Shown here: positions 1 to 13,165 of the stretch, piece after piece
Layout: every line of letters starts with the position of its first letter
How positions within the stretch are numbered: position 1 is the first letter of the stretch
The notes under the pieces: generated by a model
Database searches by the model: none
What the model saw: only the letters and a program-made list of their open reading frames with translations
What the model was told of the DNA's origin: nothing
Position numbers and translations under genes: made by a program
From: Eledone cirrhosa
Taxonomy: Eukaryota
DNA length: 64,000 nucleotides
Direction of reading: 5' to 3'
Assembly: GCA_964016885.1 (NCBI GenBank)
Contig: OZ024745.1
Coordinates: 99,138,001 to 99,202,000 of the forward strand

Positions 1-1491
1 ACATATTTATATATACATACGTATACATACATATACATAAATATACAAATATATACATATATATTTGATCGATGCTGATGATTCACTCGTTCGTGACTCA
101 CTACGTGTTATACTTCCTACTCTGAGTAGCGATAGGGTGAATCAACACGAACTACAGAAATTGAGAATTTTCTATCCTATATCTGTACGAATTAATATAT
201 GACTGTATGCATAATGTGTGTGTTTTGGGGAGGGACATGGGAGAAAAGTATTTAATACATGCAGAATGTGTCTGAGTGTGTGTGTGTGTGTGTGTGTATG
301 AAAAAGTCAGACAACAACACAGATGTAGTGCTCACTGAAGCCGGGGGTACCGTTTTTAGTATTGAAATGATTTAGTTCTTAAAAGAGAAATCATAAAACC
401 ATTATTTTTAATCGTTAATCCATCTCAGTCACTTTCTCTCTCCGCTCCTCTCAATCAATCAAGCTCTCTTCTCTAAACGAAGAGAATCCGGACATAAAAT
501 GTCAATGAATCATATTTTAAAGCTATGTGATTCCACTGTTTTTATTTTGCGTGTGTGTGAGAGAGAGGGAATAAGTGATCGGAAACGTTCACTGAACGGA
601 ATTAGAGGGGAATTCATAGCGTCCACAAGATATTTTCTCGGTATATTTGAAGGAATAATAAATAAATAAATTATTATTATTATTATTACAATTATGGTAA
701 CGAAAAACCGTATCTGTTTTAATAGTGGAGAGAAGGAAAAGATATCTAGTAGTTTTTTTGTGCGTGTTTTATTTTATTGCAAAGAAGGAAGTGAAGTAGG
801 AACATCTGACACAAAATTGAAAATATAAGAATAGATATTGTCACATACATTAGACGAGATAGATCGAATTTTAACAATATAGAGAAATCAATATGATATA
901 TCTTAAACCCAACCCCATATATATATATATATATATTTACATAGGATTGATGTGAAATGAGTCTATGTGTGTGTTTATATATATATATATATATATATAT
1001 ATGTAGGGTTGATGCGAAATGAGCCTATGAAATATATCTTTAAAAGGAAAGAAAATTATGCAGACGAAAACCGTAACTTGAATAATTAGCTTATTCTCAT
1101 ATATTTTTTAGTAATATGTCTGCAAATATTTACCGAACACATTTACAGAAAAATAAATAAATAAATAAATAATTCTGAAATATATGCAGTTCATTTAGCT
1201 TTGACGATCTCTTATTTCCTATTATCATCACAATCAACTCCTCCCAAATATCTTAATGAAACTGACAATGTGCGAAAATAAGAATTAATAGACAGCAAGT
1301 TTAATATGAAAGTAAAATTTAAGTTTATATATATGTAATGAACATGAAGAAGCTATACACCTGGAGTTCATGTCAAACGAAGACTGCTATAACATAATTT
1401 GTAGTGTAAAACTGCTGTAACATAAATTGTATTCTGAACAACAACAACGAAGGAGGAGGGGTTTTTTTTTTCCAACGTCTCTCTAACCTAC

Positions 1492-1576
1492 CTTCCGATA
1501 GTTCAAGATCCAATTCAGCAAGTTTTTCTTGAACATCATCAGGAAGAGATGATATGTCCACATCAGTGTCCGCCAT
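1492..1576 (-). CDS. DIP2: First coding exon of disco-interacting protein 2 homolog (start of DMAP1-binding domain)
   Basis: MADTDVDISSLPDDVQEKLAELDLELSEG matches the DIP2 N-terminal pattern LP.EV...LAELELELSEG. Kozak GCCATGG. Phase-1 donor G|GTAGGT at 1491, exactly where similarity stops; the rest of the ORF is intron. Confidence 0.88.
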
Positions 1577-1649
1577 GGCTAGATATATATTGCAGTTAAT
1601 TCTTATTAATTTGTTTCTTTTCTCTTTTTCTTTCTCTAAAACGTCCCTC

Positions 1650-1760
1650 TGTCTTTTAGTCTATCGCGTAGCCATCAAGAGTCGCCATTTTGCTGTTTCC
1701 CCATCACTACACTGAAGTCTCGCGAGAACTGGCGTGGTCACAGACCAGATGCTCTCGGTG
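1650..1760 (-). promoter_or_regulatory. DIP2 promoter/5'UTR with TCTCGCGAGA palindrome (1718-1727) and YY1-type AAAATGGCG (1691-1683)
   Basis: Local CpG enrichment in AT-rich DNA, 100-150 bp upstream of the ATG; both motifs read directly. Confidence 0.6.
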
Positions 1761-2939
1761 CTACTAGCGAGCTTTCACCATTTTTTCCCTAACTCAAATA
1801 TAAAAACAATTTTTTTTTTTAGCATAAAAAAAGGCTCTAATTATTTGTTCTGGTATTTTTCGTTTGTTTTAATTTTATTTTCGAAATTATTACATAAGCT
1901 TTTCTTGTTAAAAATTCTTCATTTCTTCCCCTCCCCACATCTTTGGAAGGAATTTGTTGTAAGCGACTACCAATTATTCTATATCTACTTGTGCTCTGGA
2001 AATGTCATGGCAAACGGAAAAGTGGAGAGGGAGTGACACATTGAGAAAGCTAAATTGCGAGAAGGAGGGGGGAGAGGATAAATAGACAGACAGAAAGAGA
2101 GTGGGGACGGTAGTGTTAAGAATTATAATTCAGAAACAAGACTTAAATTTTGTAATGCAGGTTATACATACATTTATACATATGCATATGTGTCTATCTG
2201 TATATATCTATAAGCACACACATAGATATATATGTATGCATATATATATATATATGTGTGTGTGTGTAATATATATATACATAAACCCATACCCATGTAC
2301 ACACAGGTCATCATTCTAATCATCTTTATAGACAAAGCTGTAACAGTATTTTAACTCCATGGAATAAGGTCGCAATATTTCAATTGCTAGGTCAAAAGGC
2401 AATCTTAAATATTTTTCCCTACACAATCCATACATATTTTTATATTTAATATGTATTAGGTCATAACTAATGTTAATTGCTTATCTTTTTCCTTTATTCT
2501 TTTCTTTCCTTTTCTTTTCTTTTCTTTTTTTACTTGTTTATTACTTGTTAAGGGTTTTACTCTTAAATGTTGCCTAAACAGATTCTCATGTTTTGAAGAA
2601 ATTCTATCACAACAGGAATACTAGTACTACTAATTCAGACAGACTCTTTAGCAGTGGCTAGTTTATTCTGCTCAAGAACTATATGGTTGGGACAGCTACT
2701 ATTTTATATCACTAGCACCACATTAGATTATCTTTCTAACTCCCAAAAATGGACTATGCCAAAATAATTATGATTTTTTTTTTTTTTTTACATAGTCCTA
2801 AAGATTAACACAGTTTTAATGGTTGAAAACTGTGGTGTGCATGCATTTCCATGGAGCGAAGGGCATTACTAACATAATTGAAATGAATTGACATAAACTG
2901 GGAAATCTAAACCAGTCTACAAAATCAAATAATAATAAT

Positions 2940-4025
2940 GATTTCTGATTTAAGCACAAGGCCAACAATTTTATTTGTTTGTGTTTTTTTGTTTTTTTTT
3001 AGGGTCTATTAAATCGTATATTATTTTATTGGTCCTGTAAGGACGAAAGGCATTTTGACCAATGCCCTACTGATACTGCCAATCTAATAATTGTTTCTAC
3101 TTTTGGCACAAGGCCAGCAATTACCCAAGTGTGTTACTGGTACTTTATTTTATCGACCCCGTAAGGATGAAAGGCAAAGTTAACCTCGGCAGGATTTGAA
3201 CTTAGACAATAAAGGGCCATAACTCTATGCTGCGTAGCATGACGTCCGACCCTCTATCAATACTGCCAAATAATAATTGTGTCTACTTTTGACACAAGGC
3301 CAGCAATGACCCCCTAGTGTATTACTGGTGCTTTATTTTATCGACCCCATAATGATAAAAGGCAAAGTTAACCTTGGCGAGATTTGAACTCAGAACATAT
3401 AGGGCCATAACTCTATGCTGCAAAGCATGGTGTCTGATGTTGGTTTCTGATTAGGCACAAGGCCAGAAATTTCGAGGGAGGGAAAAGTCAATTAAATCAA
3501 CCCCAGCATTTGACTAGTACTTTATTTTATTGACCCTAGAAAAATGAAAAGCAAAGTAGACCTCAGTGGGATTTGAACTGAGAATGTAGAAAGTTGTAAC
3601 TAAATACCACAAAGCATTTTGTCCAGTACTCTAATGATACTACCAATACAATAATAATTGTTTCTACTTTAGGCACAAGGCCAGCAATTACCCAGTGTAT
3701 TACTGGTACTTTATTTTATCGACCTCGTAAGGATGAAAGGCAAAGTCAACCTCGGCGGGATTTGAACTCAGATCGTAAAGGGACGTAACTATGCTGGAAA
3801 GCATGGCGTCTGACCCTCTACCGATACTGCCAATCCACAAAGCCAGAGTTTTTTTTTAGGGGAAGTCGATTAAATTGACCCCAGTGCATTACTGGTGCTT
3901 TATTTTATTGACACCATAAGGATGAAAGGCAAAGCTAACCTCGGCAGGATTTGAACTCAGATCGTAAAGGGTCGTAATCCTATGCCATACAGCATGTTGT
4001 CCGACGCTCTACTGATACTGCCGCC
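2940..4025 (-). mobile_element. Head-to-tail cluster of ~6 tRNA-derived SINEs (family A)
   Basis: Repeated ~185-bp unit; minus strand has A box TGGCAGTATCGG, B box GAGTTCAAATCC, core GCCTTTCATCCTTACGGGGTCGATAAAATAAAGTACCAG and an ATT-repeat tail. Confidence 0.85.
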
Positions 4026-4059
4026 CGCAATATTAATAATTATGGGTGGGTCTGGTCAC

Positions 4060-6540
4060 CAACCAGCAACTGCTAACCAACAAGCAAGACTGAGCTGGAG
4101 CTAACAAATGATTATTGTTGTCATGGATTGCTGCTACTATATGAGTAACCTTGTTAATGATAAAGACTAATCAGAGGCTACAGACAAAGAATGTGCCGAC
4201 AATGGAAGGAAAAGGGAATGTTTGAAACAAGTGAACAGAGAATATGTGACCAAATGAGGGTGATTAGAAAGAATGATGTAGAGCTTGCATTTATCAGAAA
4301 AAGGGTTCTTGACAAGGAGAGTGAAAAGTCTGAAGAAGCTGAAAATGGAGAAGATGGAAATGTGACAAATGAAGAAACTATAAAAGAAGTTGCTTATGGT
4401 GTGACACATTATAAGGATCTCCATAGTGAGATGAATGTGTTTGAAGAAGAAAACCTTACACAGAAACAGAAAACAATGTGTAAGAGGATAATAATAAAAC
4501 TAATAAAAAAGAACGACGACTATATCTAAGGAAGGTTGATCAGTGGAATTTAAAACCGGGAAACAATGAAAGAGAATGAAGTCCTGAAGTACCTCCATAT
4601 AAGTAACATTACTGAGGCCAACAATTTGTTCAGGGTGGCAAATATCATACAAGTAGAAAATATGGGAGTATAGCGATTTTTTTTGTTTGGTCGAGGTGGT
4701 GAGTGGATTGTGTTGTGGTGTTGATTTGTTTGTTGCATGTGTACTCACTTGTAGCTTGCTGTGTTGTGTGGTCACTGTGGTGTGATTCAGTGTGACCAGA
4801 GGTTGTATATGTGCAGGTAAGTGAGTAAGTGTTCAATAAGATGATGATATGATTGTTCCTTGATCACACAGAAAATGAATATATATAAATGAACCATGAT
4901 GACACCAAACCGCTATATTATTAATTTATTGAAAATAGCTCACGCCGGAGTTATACTAAAAATACACAAGGATTATGTACATTATTTGTTTGTTTGTAAA
5001 AGTAGAATTAAATTGTATTTACCAAGAAAACTTCATGAACTTCACTGACTTTAGAAAGCAAATGGTTTACATTGTTATTCTATCAGGAGCTGCTCCAAAC
5101 TGCGTTTTCTTGGTCTAAGACAGACTACTTATATCTGTCGCTTCCTCTGTCCCCTGCCTTGAGAATCACCAGGGTGACCTTGAGAGATTCCTCACACATA
5201 GACTTGTTTACACCAAAAAGTAACCGTTATATGTCACCCAGGGGACAAAGTGTGGACAGATTTCACTACATTTGGCAAATATAATAGAATATATAGGAGT
5301 AGCCGCAAAGAAATCTTAAAAAAAACACCAAACAAAAACACATTGAACCGTGATGTAAAAGTCGAAAGCAGCAAAGTATTAAAACACCCGTGAAAGACAT
5401 TTTGGTACGAGTCAGAAAAAAGACAAACTTAGCAGAAGTATGATAGACCGAAAAGAAAATGTGACATAGAAAGAAAGGGGGCCTGGATTGTTTTAGAAGA
5501 ATTGAAACGTGATTGCAAAGAAAGCAAAGGTATCCAGATATGAACAGTGAATTAAACAATTCCATAAAAAACAAGCTCTTCAGGATGGAACAAAAGAAGT
5601 ACTACCAGGAAATTAATGGAAAATTAACAGAAGTGTTGGTCCCAAATGAACAGGAATGTAAACAGTTTGAGAGTAATATCTGAAATAAAAGAGGAGAGTA
5701 CAACAAACGGGCTGACTAGTTAAAAGACCTGAAGAGAACCACTGTATACCCAAAGTAGCCAGGAATTATAATTACAGGAATGGATATTGAAGATATAAAT
5801 CAGTGCACGAGCAACTGGAAGTCGCCAGACCCAGACAGAGTGCAGTTCTATTTGCTAAAAATGTTTAAGGGGTGTCATGCAAGGATTGCAGAACAGTTTA
5901 ATGTTCTGATAGGAAATGGGGAGGAAATACCAGAGGCTGACAAAAGGCACAACAGTTCTATACATGAAAGATGTGGTAAAAGGAAATACTGTCAAGAACT
6001 ACAGACCAATATTTTGTTTACCACTCATGTGGAAGTTATTGACAGGAATATTTGTGATGGAACACAAACCAGAAGGTGTTGTATAAAATGACCACATCAG
6101 GAATCTAAGGGACTTTATGGTCCAATGTGACCATGCAATTGAACATTATAAACCAGATATTGTGGTGAACAACAAAGTTAACAAACAATGTTTGAGTCTG
6201 GATGTGACTTGTCCTACTGACATTAAGGTTTGTGAGAAAGAATTGAAGAAGGTTGAGGGATACACACCACTAGCATGGGAGATAAAATATTTGTGGGCAA
6301 TGAAAAAAGTTGAGGTGATCCTAGTTGTAATCAGAAAACTTGGTGCTGTGAGCACCAGGAATTGAAAACTATTTTAAAAGAATTGGGGCCAACATTGAGG
6401 GTGCGGGTCTTACAGAAAACAGCACTTCTCGGAACTGCAAGGATACTCAGAAAAGTGCTTGACAATTGAAGGTACCACCTCAGTCCATTGGTAATAGACA
6501 GTTGGAACCAGTATTACATTACCAACAACAAATGATGTGG
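4060..6540 (+). mobile_element. Decayed restriction-like-endonuclease non-LTR retrotransposon (R4/Dong-like)
   Basis: Fragments NWKSPDPDRVQFYLLK and HYKPDIVV..LDVTCP..KKVEGY..LAWEI..LW..VVI..LGAV (PD-(D/E)xK type); many stops. Confidence 0.7.
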
Positions 6541-6544
6541 GTAA

Positions 6545-6938
6545 TAATTGTTTTTACTTTTGGCACAAGGCCAGCAATTAACCAGTGTATTACTGGTACT
6601 TTATTTTTTGACCCCATAAGAATGAAAGGCAAAGTTAACCTCGACAGGATTTGAACTCAAAATGGCAAGGCCCATAACTCTATGTGTCAAAGCATGGCGT
6701 CCGACCCTCTACTGATACTGCCTATCCACTGAGGTGTTGGGAAGACACTCGACAAGAAATGGAAACAAAATTGAAGGAAGAGGAAAAACACAAATGATAA
6801 TAATAATAATTGTTTCTACTTTAGGCACAAGGCCAGCAATTACCCAGTGCATTACTGGTACTTTATTTTATCGACCCCGTAAGGATGAAAGGCAAAGTCA
6901 ACCTCGGCGGGATTTGAACTCAGATCGTAAAGGGACGT
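6545..6938 (-). mobile_element. Two family-A SINE copies (6545-6730; truncated 6807-6938)
   Basis: Same unit as the 2940-4025 cluster. Confidence 0.85.
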
Positions 6939-7370
6939 AATAAAGACAAGATGAGAATGTTGCCAGATATATCCATTGGATGATATCTGAGAAATGTGGG
7001 TTTGTCGGAGCAACTAAATGGTATGAGCAGAAACCAGGAGTGTTAGAGAATGACAAATTTAAGCTTTTGTGGGACTTCATCATTCACTGTGATAGAATGA
7101 TTGAGGTAAGAAGGCCAGACAGTTTAGTTGTGAACAAGAAGAAAAAAGAGGCCTAAATTATTGATATCTCTATTCCAGGAGATAATAGAATAAAGCATAA
7201 AAAGATAGAATCATATGAACCACTAAAGGAGAATGTTGGAAAGTTTTGTGGGATAAAGAAGGTTTTAGTGATTCCAGTGGTGATTGGAACATTGGGATGC
7301 ATATTGGAGTTTTGAGGACTGTGTAAATAGAATCGGAATTGATGCATGGTTACAGGTCATGCAGAAGCCA
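6939..7370 (+). mobile_element. Second R4/Dong-like endonuclease fragment
   Basis: Translates by eye to ..KWYEQKP.VLENDKFKLLWDF.IHCDRMIEVRRPD..IIDISIPGD. Confidence 0.7.
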
Positions 7371-8094
7371 TTGCGGTATGGTGTGTTTTTCCTTTCTTTC
7401 TTTTTTCTTCTGTTTACAAACGATATGTCAGCTAAAATAAGCATTTTGCAGGGATACCATTAGATCATTCTGTGGCAAGGGAGATGTGGTTGTTGGATTA
7501 GAAAAATTAGGTAGTAGCAAGGATGCTTGGGATCACCAGCCTGGCAGGCATCATAGCCCAATACTTAAAATGGAATGCATTGGTCCTTTCCCTAGAGATA
7601 GACGAAACTGACCACCTAGGTACAGAATAGATTGAGTGTACAGAATGTTTGGCAAGCTAGGTATGGCAAAAAGGACAGGAGAGCTGATTGATATGTTTGT
7701 GACTGAAGTTAGGAGACTAGCTGGATTAGTATTGGATAGAACAGTGAATGAGTGTCTACATTAAACATGGAGCAAAACTTTCCAGCAGTGTCTAACAATG
7801 AAGGTCCAACCAGTAAATATTGAAGACCAGTGAGCAGGAAGGGAGAAATCACAAATATTTAAAGGATAATGTTTCATGGAACTGAAAAGAACCAAAGCCT
7901 GAGTTAACATGCTACTGGTGTAACTAGGTAGGTCCTATCAGCCAGGGAAACAAACAAATGAGATGCTAATACAGGAAATGTGAATGGCTGTGCAAGAAAT
8001 CAGTTGTGATTGTGGATGGTGTTGATGTAGTGATGGTTAAGGATGAGATTGACTAGTTGGGGGGCATTATATTTAGCAAGGGTTAGGGATAGGG

Positions 8095-8467
8095 TGTGGA
8101 TTTGGCAGTATGGGTAGAGGGTCAGACGCCATGCTTTGCAGCATAGAGTTACGGCCCTTGCCATTCTGAGTTCAAATCCCGTTGAAGTTAACTTTGCCTT
8201 TCATACTTACGGGGTCGATAAAATAAAGTACCAGTAATGCACTGGGGGTAATTGCTGGCCTTGTGCCAAAAGTAGAAACAATTATATTTAGCAAGGGTGG
8301 TGGATTGGCAGTATTGGTAGAGGGTTGGATGCCATGCTTTGCAGCATAGATCTGAGTTCAAATCTTGCCGAGGTTAACTTTGCCTTTCATCCTTACAGGG
8401 TCAATAAAATAAAGCACCAGTAATGCACTGGGCTAATTGCTGGCCTTGTGCCAAAAGTAGAAACAAT
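8095..8467 (+). mobile_element. Two tandem family-A SINEs
   Basis: A/B boxes on the + strand; ATTATATTTAGCAAGG present three times as flank. Confidence 0.85.
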
Positions 8468-8557
8468 TATATTTAGCAAGGATGAGGTAGTGGGTGGGGG
8501 AACCATGCACCATGAGCGTGCAGCAGGAAAGTGAGGTGAATTCTGGAGAAATGAATC

Positions 8558-8836
8558 TAAGTCTAAAGTCTGTCTCAAGCCCGGAGGCTCATCAGGTTGA
8601 TGCTTATCCTGGTTTCTGTTGCGTGAAGAGACGGAGAGTACAAAACTTCCTCTGGACAGAATGTCAGCCCATCGTATGGTGAAACCCCCAGCTATTGCTG
8701 GTACTCATTTTCAGCTGAGTATACTGGAGTAACGTGAATTGAAGTGTTTTGTTCAATAAAACAGCACAGAACCCAGTCCAGGAATCGAACCGACGACTTT
8801 ATGATTGTAAGTCCATCACCCTTGCCACAAGGCCAC
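8558..8836 (-). mobile_element. Diverged tRNA-derived CORE-type SINE
   Basis: Minus strand TGGCCTTGTGG...GGTTCGATTCC followed by a CORE-like segment. Confidence 0.6.
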
Positions 8837-8849
8837 AAAATGCAGTGAT

Positions 8850-11250
8850 GGTGCGCAATGGATAATTGGGTGGTACTGGAAGGAAGAGCCTCCAACACTG
8901 AGAAACAAAGTATGTTGCTATGATCATACCCTAAATGGAAGTTTCAGAGGCAAGTTCAAGAAAGAAATGGAAAGATGAATTGAGGAAGGTATTTTGATGT
9001 CTTGGAAGGAGAAGGTGAAGAGCAGAGTGTTGTCACTGATGATAGTATTTCAGTCAAACATAATGACACACTGCTACTAGACATTTGGGAGCTGAATAAC
9101 CATGTATTGTGTCACACAGGTGATGAGGCTACAGATGTCTGTGGGGAAACTATACAAGAGTGGAGTCAAATGATACAGGTTTCCATATTCATCAATTTGA
9201 AGTCAGCATAGCTATAGCTCCATGTAGCTGAGAAAGTGAAGGTATCATCTGGTGAGATACAAAGATAAGACATGCTTTCTGTCTAGGCTGGGGTTTGAGC
9301 TAAACTTGGCACTACAGATTAAGGTGATGGTTCTCAAAGTGATCTTGGGAAAGAGAAAAGGGGCCACTAATTTTTACATAAATGAATGACATCATAGATG
9401 ACAAAACTGTGATGCCAGCAGCAGAGGTTATAGGCAATCTAAGGAGATTTGGTTTGACTTCAAAACTACCAGAATCAATGGAAGGAGCAACTGTGGATGG
9501 GTTCAAGCTAAGGAGAGACAAGGTGGGTAAGCAAGTATTCCTTGAGGGGAATAAGATCCCAGGACTAGGCGACAGCATGAACAGGTGAGAACTTTTTTCA
9601 ATGCATGGGAGACTGGTCGGCTGCTAGCCAATTGTTTGATTGCTTGAAATAGTATGTAGCCATGTCATGATATGGACTGATGGCAACAAAGTGGGAAAGA
9701 GGATGGCTGCCATGATACAAATTTTGGAGAGGGGGAAGGTAGTGGACTCAGTAAGAGGATATTGGTTTATGTCCAAATTGGAGAAATGAATCATAGAGTG
9801 CAAAACTAGAGCAAAGCAATAGCAGAAATTCTGGAAATAGGGGGGGTTGGAGTAGAAGATGTAGTCTGGCTCAGGAAAATGACAACTGAAATACATGAAA
9901 GTAGCTGAGTTAGATGCTGTACTAAAGAGTGTGAATCTAGATGTGAGATGGGGGCTGAGCGCTACTGAGATTTGTACTTGTTTGGGTTGGATCAGTGGTC
10001 ACAGCTGACAAGAGAATGTGACTGAAAAGGTCTGCGGAAATGATAATCAAACATAATTGTTTCTATTTTTGGTACAAGGCCAGCAATTATCCTAGTATAT
10101 CACTGGTACTTTATTTTATCGACCCTGTAAGGATGAAAGGCAAAGTTAACCTCGGCAGGATTTGAACTGAGATCATAAAGGGCAGTAACTCTTTGTTGCA
10201 AAGCATGGCGTCCGACCCTCTACTGATACTGACAATCCACCGCCAATGATAATCAAACATAATCTGGGAATTTTAGGAGTTGAACCTGAAGTTGCACATA
10301 ATCTTTGTGCCAGAGGATTCAGCAAAGGGACTGGCTGCAGTTTGTTGATTGAGTGGCCCAGAGTTAAGGAGACTGTACAGAATGCAACATATGGGAGTTG
10401 ATAGGACTCTATTTCTAGCCAGGAAAGTTGACTCCAACATCACCAGGGAGAGCATTCAAAACGTGACCGGGAGCTGCAATAGGTGTCAGTCCATCGAACT
10501 TGCATTGAATGTATGTGAGACAAGGAAGATTGGGATAGAAGATAACTGGAAAAGATAAGCAGTAGATGTGTCACACTATGTATGTCTTAATAATTAACTC
10601 TGGACCTGGATAGGTGACAATATGGAGGTAAATCAGGATGAAGACTGCAGGTGAAATTGAAGTATTCTTGGAGAGGGATCCTGTGGATGAGCTGTTGATG
10701 GAAAATAACATTGCATTTCATTTGGACTTGCTGAAAGAGATGCTTGACAAGTGGAATGTGAGTAACTTTTTCAGAGTTGTATAAAGAATGAGTGGAAATG
10801 GGATTGTAGAGAGACATCATTGCACAATCAAGACCATGGCTTAGAGGGGACATATGTCATCTCAGTCAGGACAGGCCAAAGAGTCAGTGATTCAAAAAGG
10901 AGTATTTAGATATGAATAGTAACTTTTGAGCATGGTATCACAGTGACCTGAGCAGGAATGAAGTTTGGGTAAAGATCCCCATTGCATGCTACCTGTCTTA
11001 GTGGAGGAGGGAAGCAGTTACAGCTGTGAATTACCCAAACAATGTTTGCAGGGTCATCAGATTGTTAGATGATAAAGAAGGATGTGATAGACGCTCCAGC
11101 CCTGCATAGGTCATGGAGGGAGCAATGTTTGACCATTTAGATGACCAACTTTGATATGGAGTGAAAGTGTGTGAAGTGATCTTTAGATGAGAGAGGTGTG
11201 TGGGGTTGTGAGTCTTGTACCAAAAGAGACAGAGTTAGCGACATCATATT
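8850..11250 (+). mobile_element. Highly decayed Gypsy-like pol (RT-RNaseH-integrase), relative of the element at 57770
   Basis: LDIWELNNHVLCHTGDEATDVCGETIQEW parallels LDFWELNEHVSCHTGGEVTDICGETLREW; integrase Zn-finger HMGVDRTL...CNRC. Interrupted by a SINE (10058-10244) with 19-bp TSD AATGATAATCAAACATAAT. Confidence 0.8.
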
Positions 11251-12151
11251 AGCTGAAGGAGTAAAAATGTGACTCTTTTTTGTGGCAATTTTAAAGTGAC
11301 AGGTTGTGTTTCCAGGTTTTTGTGCAGAACTCTGATTCCTAGCCAGAGTTTGGGTGAGTATGATTCTCAGGTTCTTCAAGTAAATAAGAGAGATGACCAA
11401 GGAGGACCACCCAAGGTAAGTGATTTTGCATTTTTCACTACAGTTTCTATATCTGAATGCCCATTCTAATGCCAATCACTTTACAGCATGTACTACATGA
11501 ATTTTATCATAGTATTAGCCTGATCCTGTTACAGTATAGGTTGGGTGTATTTTACCATGGGAGTTAAACAAAAGATGGCTTAAAACAGTCCTTCAAAATT
11601 TGTCATTTATACTCATTGCTAACCCTAACCTTTCTGACTACAATTCTGTACATGAGGTGTACCACCCTAGCGAGCCATTAATTTTTCTCTAATTTTCTAA
11701 GAGCCCCCACTCCCACCCCCACCCTGTCAAATGCTTTCTCCAAGTCAATGAATGCTAGATAGTGAGGCTTACTCTTAGCTGGATACTTCTGCAGCTATCT
11801 CATAAGGAAGAAGACACCAATGGTACCTTTATCTGACACAATGCTGAACTACATCATGTCCAGATTAATTTTATCCCTAATCAGTTATAGTATACCTTTT
11901 TCAGTAACTTTCATTATTTGATCCATCAGCTTGATGCCTCTGTAGTTTCCTCTATCTAGAACATCCCCTTTGCCCTTATATCAGTTGATAACGATGTCAC
12001 CATGCGAATTATTAGGTATGACACTATCCTGTATTATTCAATTTTCTTTATGCATTGTTAGCATGTGACCCCCCCCCCCCCCATACCAGATGCTTTCAGC
12101 ATTTTTACAATTTTCTCTGATGATTCAGCTGCTTTGCTTGTCTTCATATCC

Positions 12152-12381
12152 TTAACCCTTTAGCATTTACATTACTCTATATATTCTATTGTATTTTCAT
12201 GGTAAAAGCTTTACCTCACATAATTATCTCATATAATATTGAATCTATTAGATTTTGATGTTATTTATTTTGAGAAAAATACCTTAACATCAGTATGAGT
12301 GGTCAGTTACGGCTGATTTGGACAGAAAGGGGTGACAGAATTCCGGCCAGAATATGGCCAGTTTAAATGATAAAGGGTTAA
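12152..12381. mobile_element. piggyBac-type MITE
   Basis: TTAA-CCCTTTAGCATTTA...TAAATGATAAAGGG-TTAA. Confidence 0.85.
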
Positions 12382-12938
12382 TTGTCATACCGACGATACT
12401 GCTGCTAACTTGGATGGCCAGTCCTTCTTTTGAGTCTATCAGATACTTTATCCCATGCCTTCACCTCATTCAACAATCTCTTATAATGGTATTTCCATGC
12501 TTCATTCTTTTCAGCCTCAGTGGGGACAAGTGCACCACTATCATTTTATATGCACATCTTCCCAGAAAAATCTTGATTTTCCCTTGAAAACTGCTTTGTA
12601 ATCCAGAGCTCTTTATGCCCTTGATCCTTATGATGTAAAACATGCACATTTTAAAAACTTTTCACTTCTCTCTTTGCTAACTAATTAGTATCTGGTGCCT
12701 AGTTTCTCTTCTAACTTCTATTCTCTGTTCCCCACATTTTGTAATCTTTTCATATGTTTCTTACCTTTGATCACCTCATCTCCTTTTAATATTCCACCAT
12801 CATATCTCTCACTGTCATCTTGGGCCCTTGTACCACCCACTGATCTTGCTTGCGGTCCTCAGTATGTTATTTCATAGGAATTTTCACTTCTTTTCTGTAT
12901 TGCAAGTTTCTAATTCTTCTTCTTTACTGTTGTAAATA

Positions 12939-13165
12939 TTAACCCTTTAGCATTTAAACTGGCCACATCCAGCCAAAATTCTCTCACCTTTTTCTATTCA
13001 AACCGACCATAAGCAGCTACTCATACTTATGTTAAGGTATTGTTCTCAAAATAAATAATATCAAAATCTTATAGATTCGGTATTATATGAGATAATTATG
13101 AGATAAAATGTTCACTGTGAAAATACAATAGTAAATATAGAGTAATGTAAATGCTAAAGGGTTAA
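12939..13165. mobile_element. piggyBac-type MITE (opposite orientation)
   Basis: TTAA TSD and CCCTTTAGCATTTA TIRs. Confidence 0.85.

Noticed and set aside
70-165. CTGATGA followed by a hairpin
   Set aside because: No GAAA adjacent to the stem and no stem I/III; not a hammerhead.
1373-1491. C-terminal part of the 67-aa ORF
   Set aside because: Read-through into the intron after the GTAGGT donor.
8575-8620. GAAAC...CTGATGAG in a SINE tail (minus strand)
   Set aside because: Stems required for a type II hammerhead do not form.
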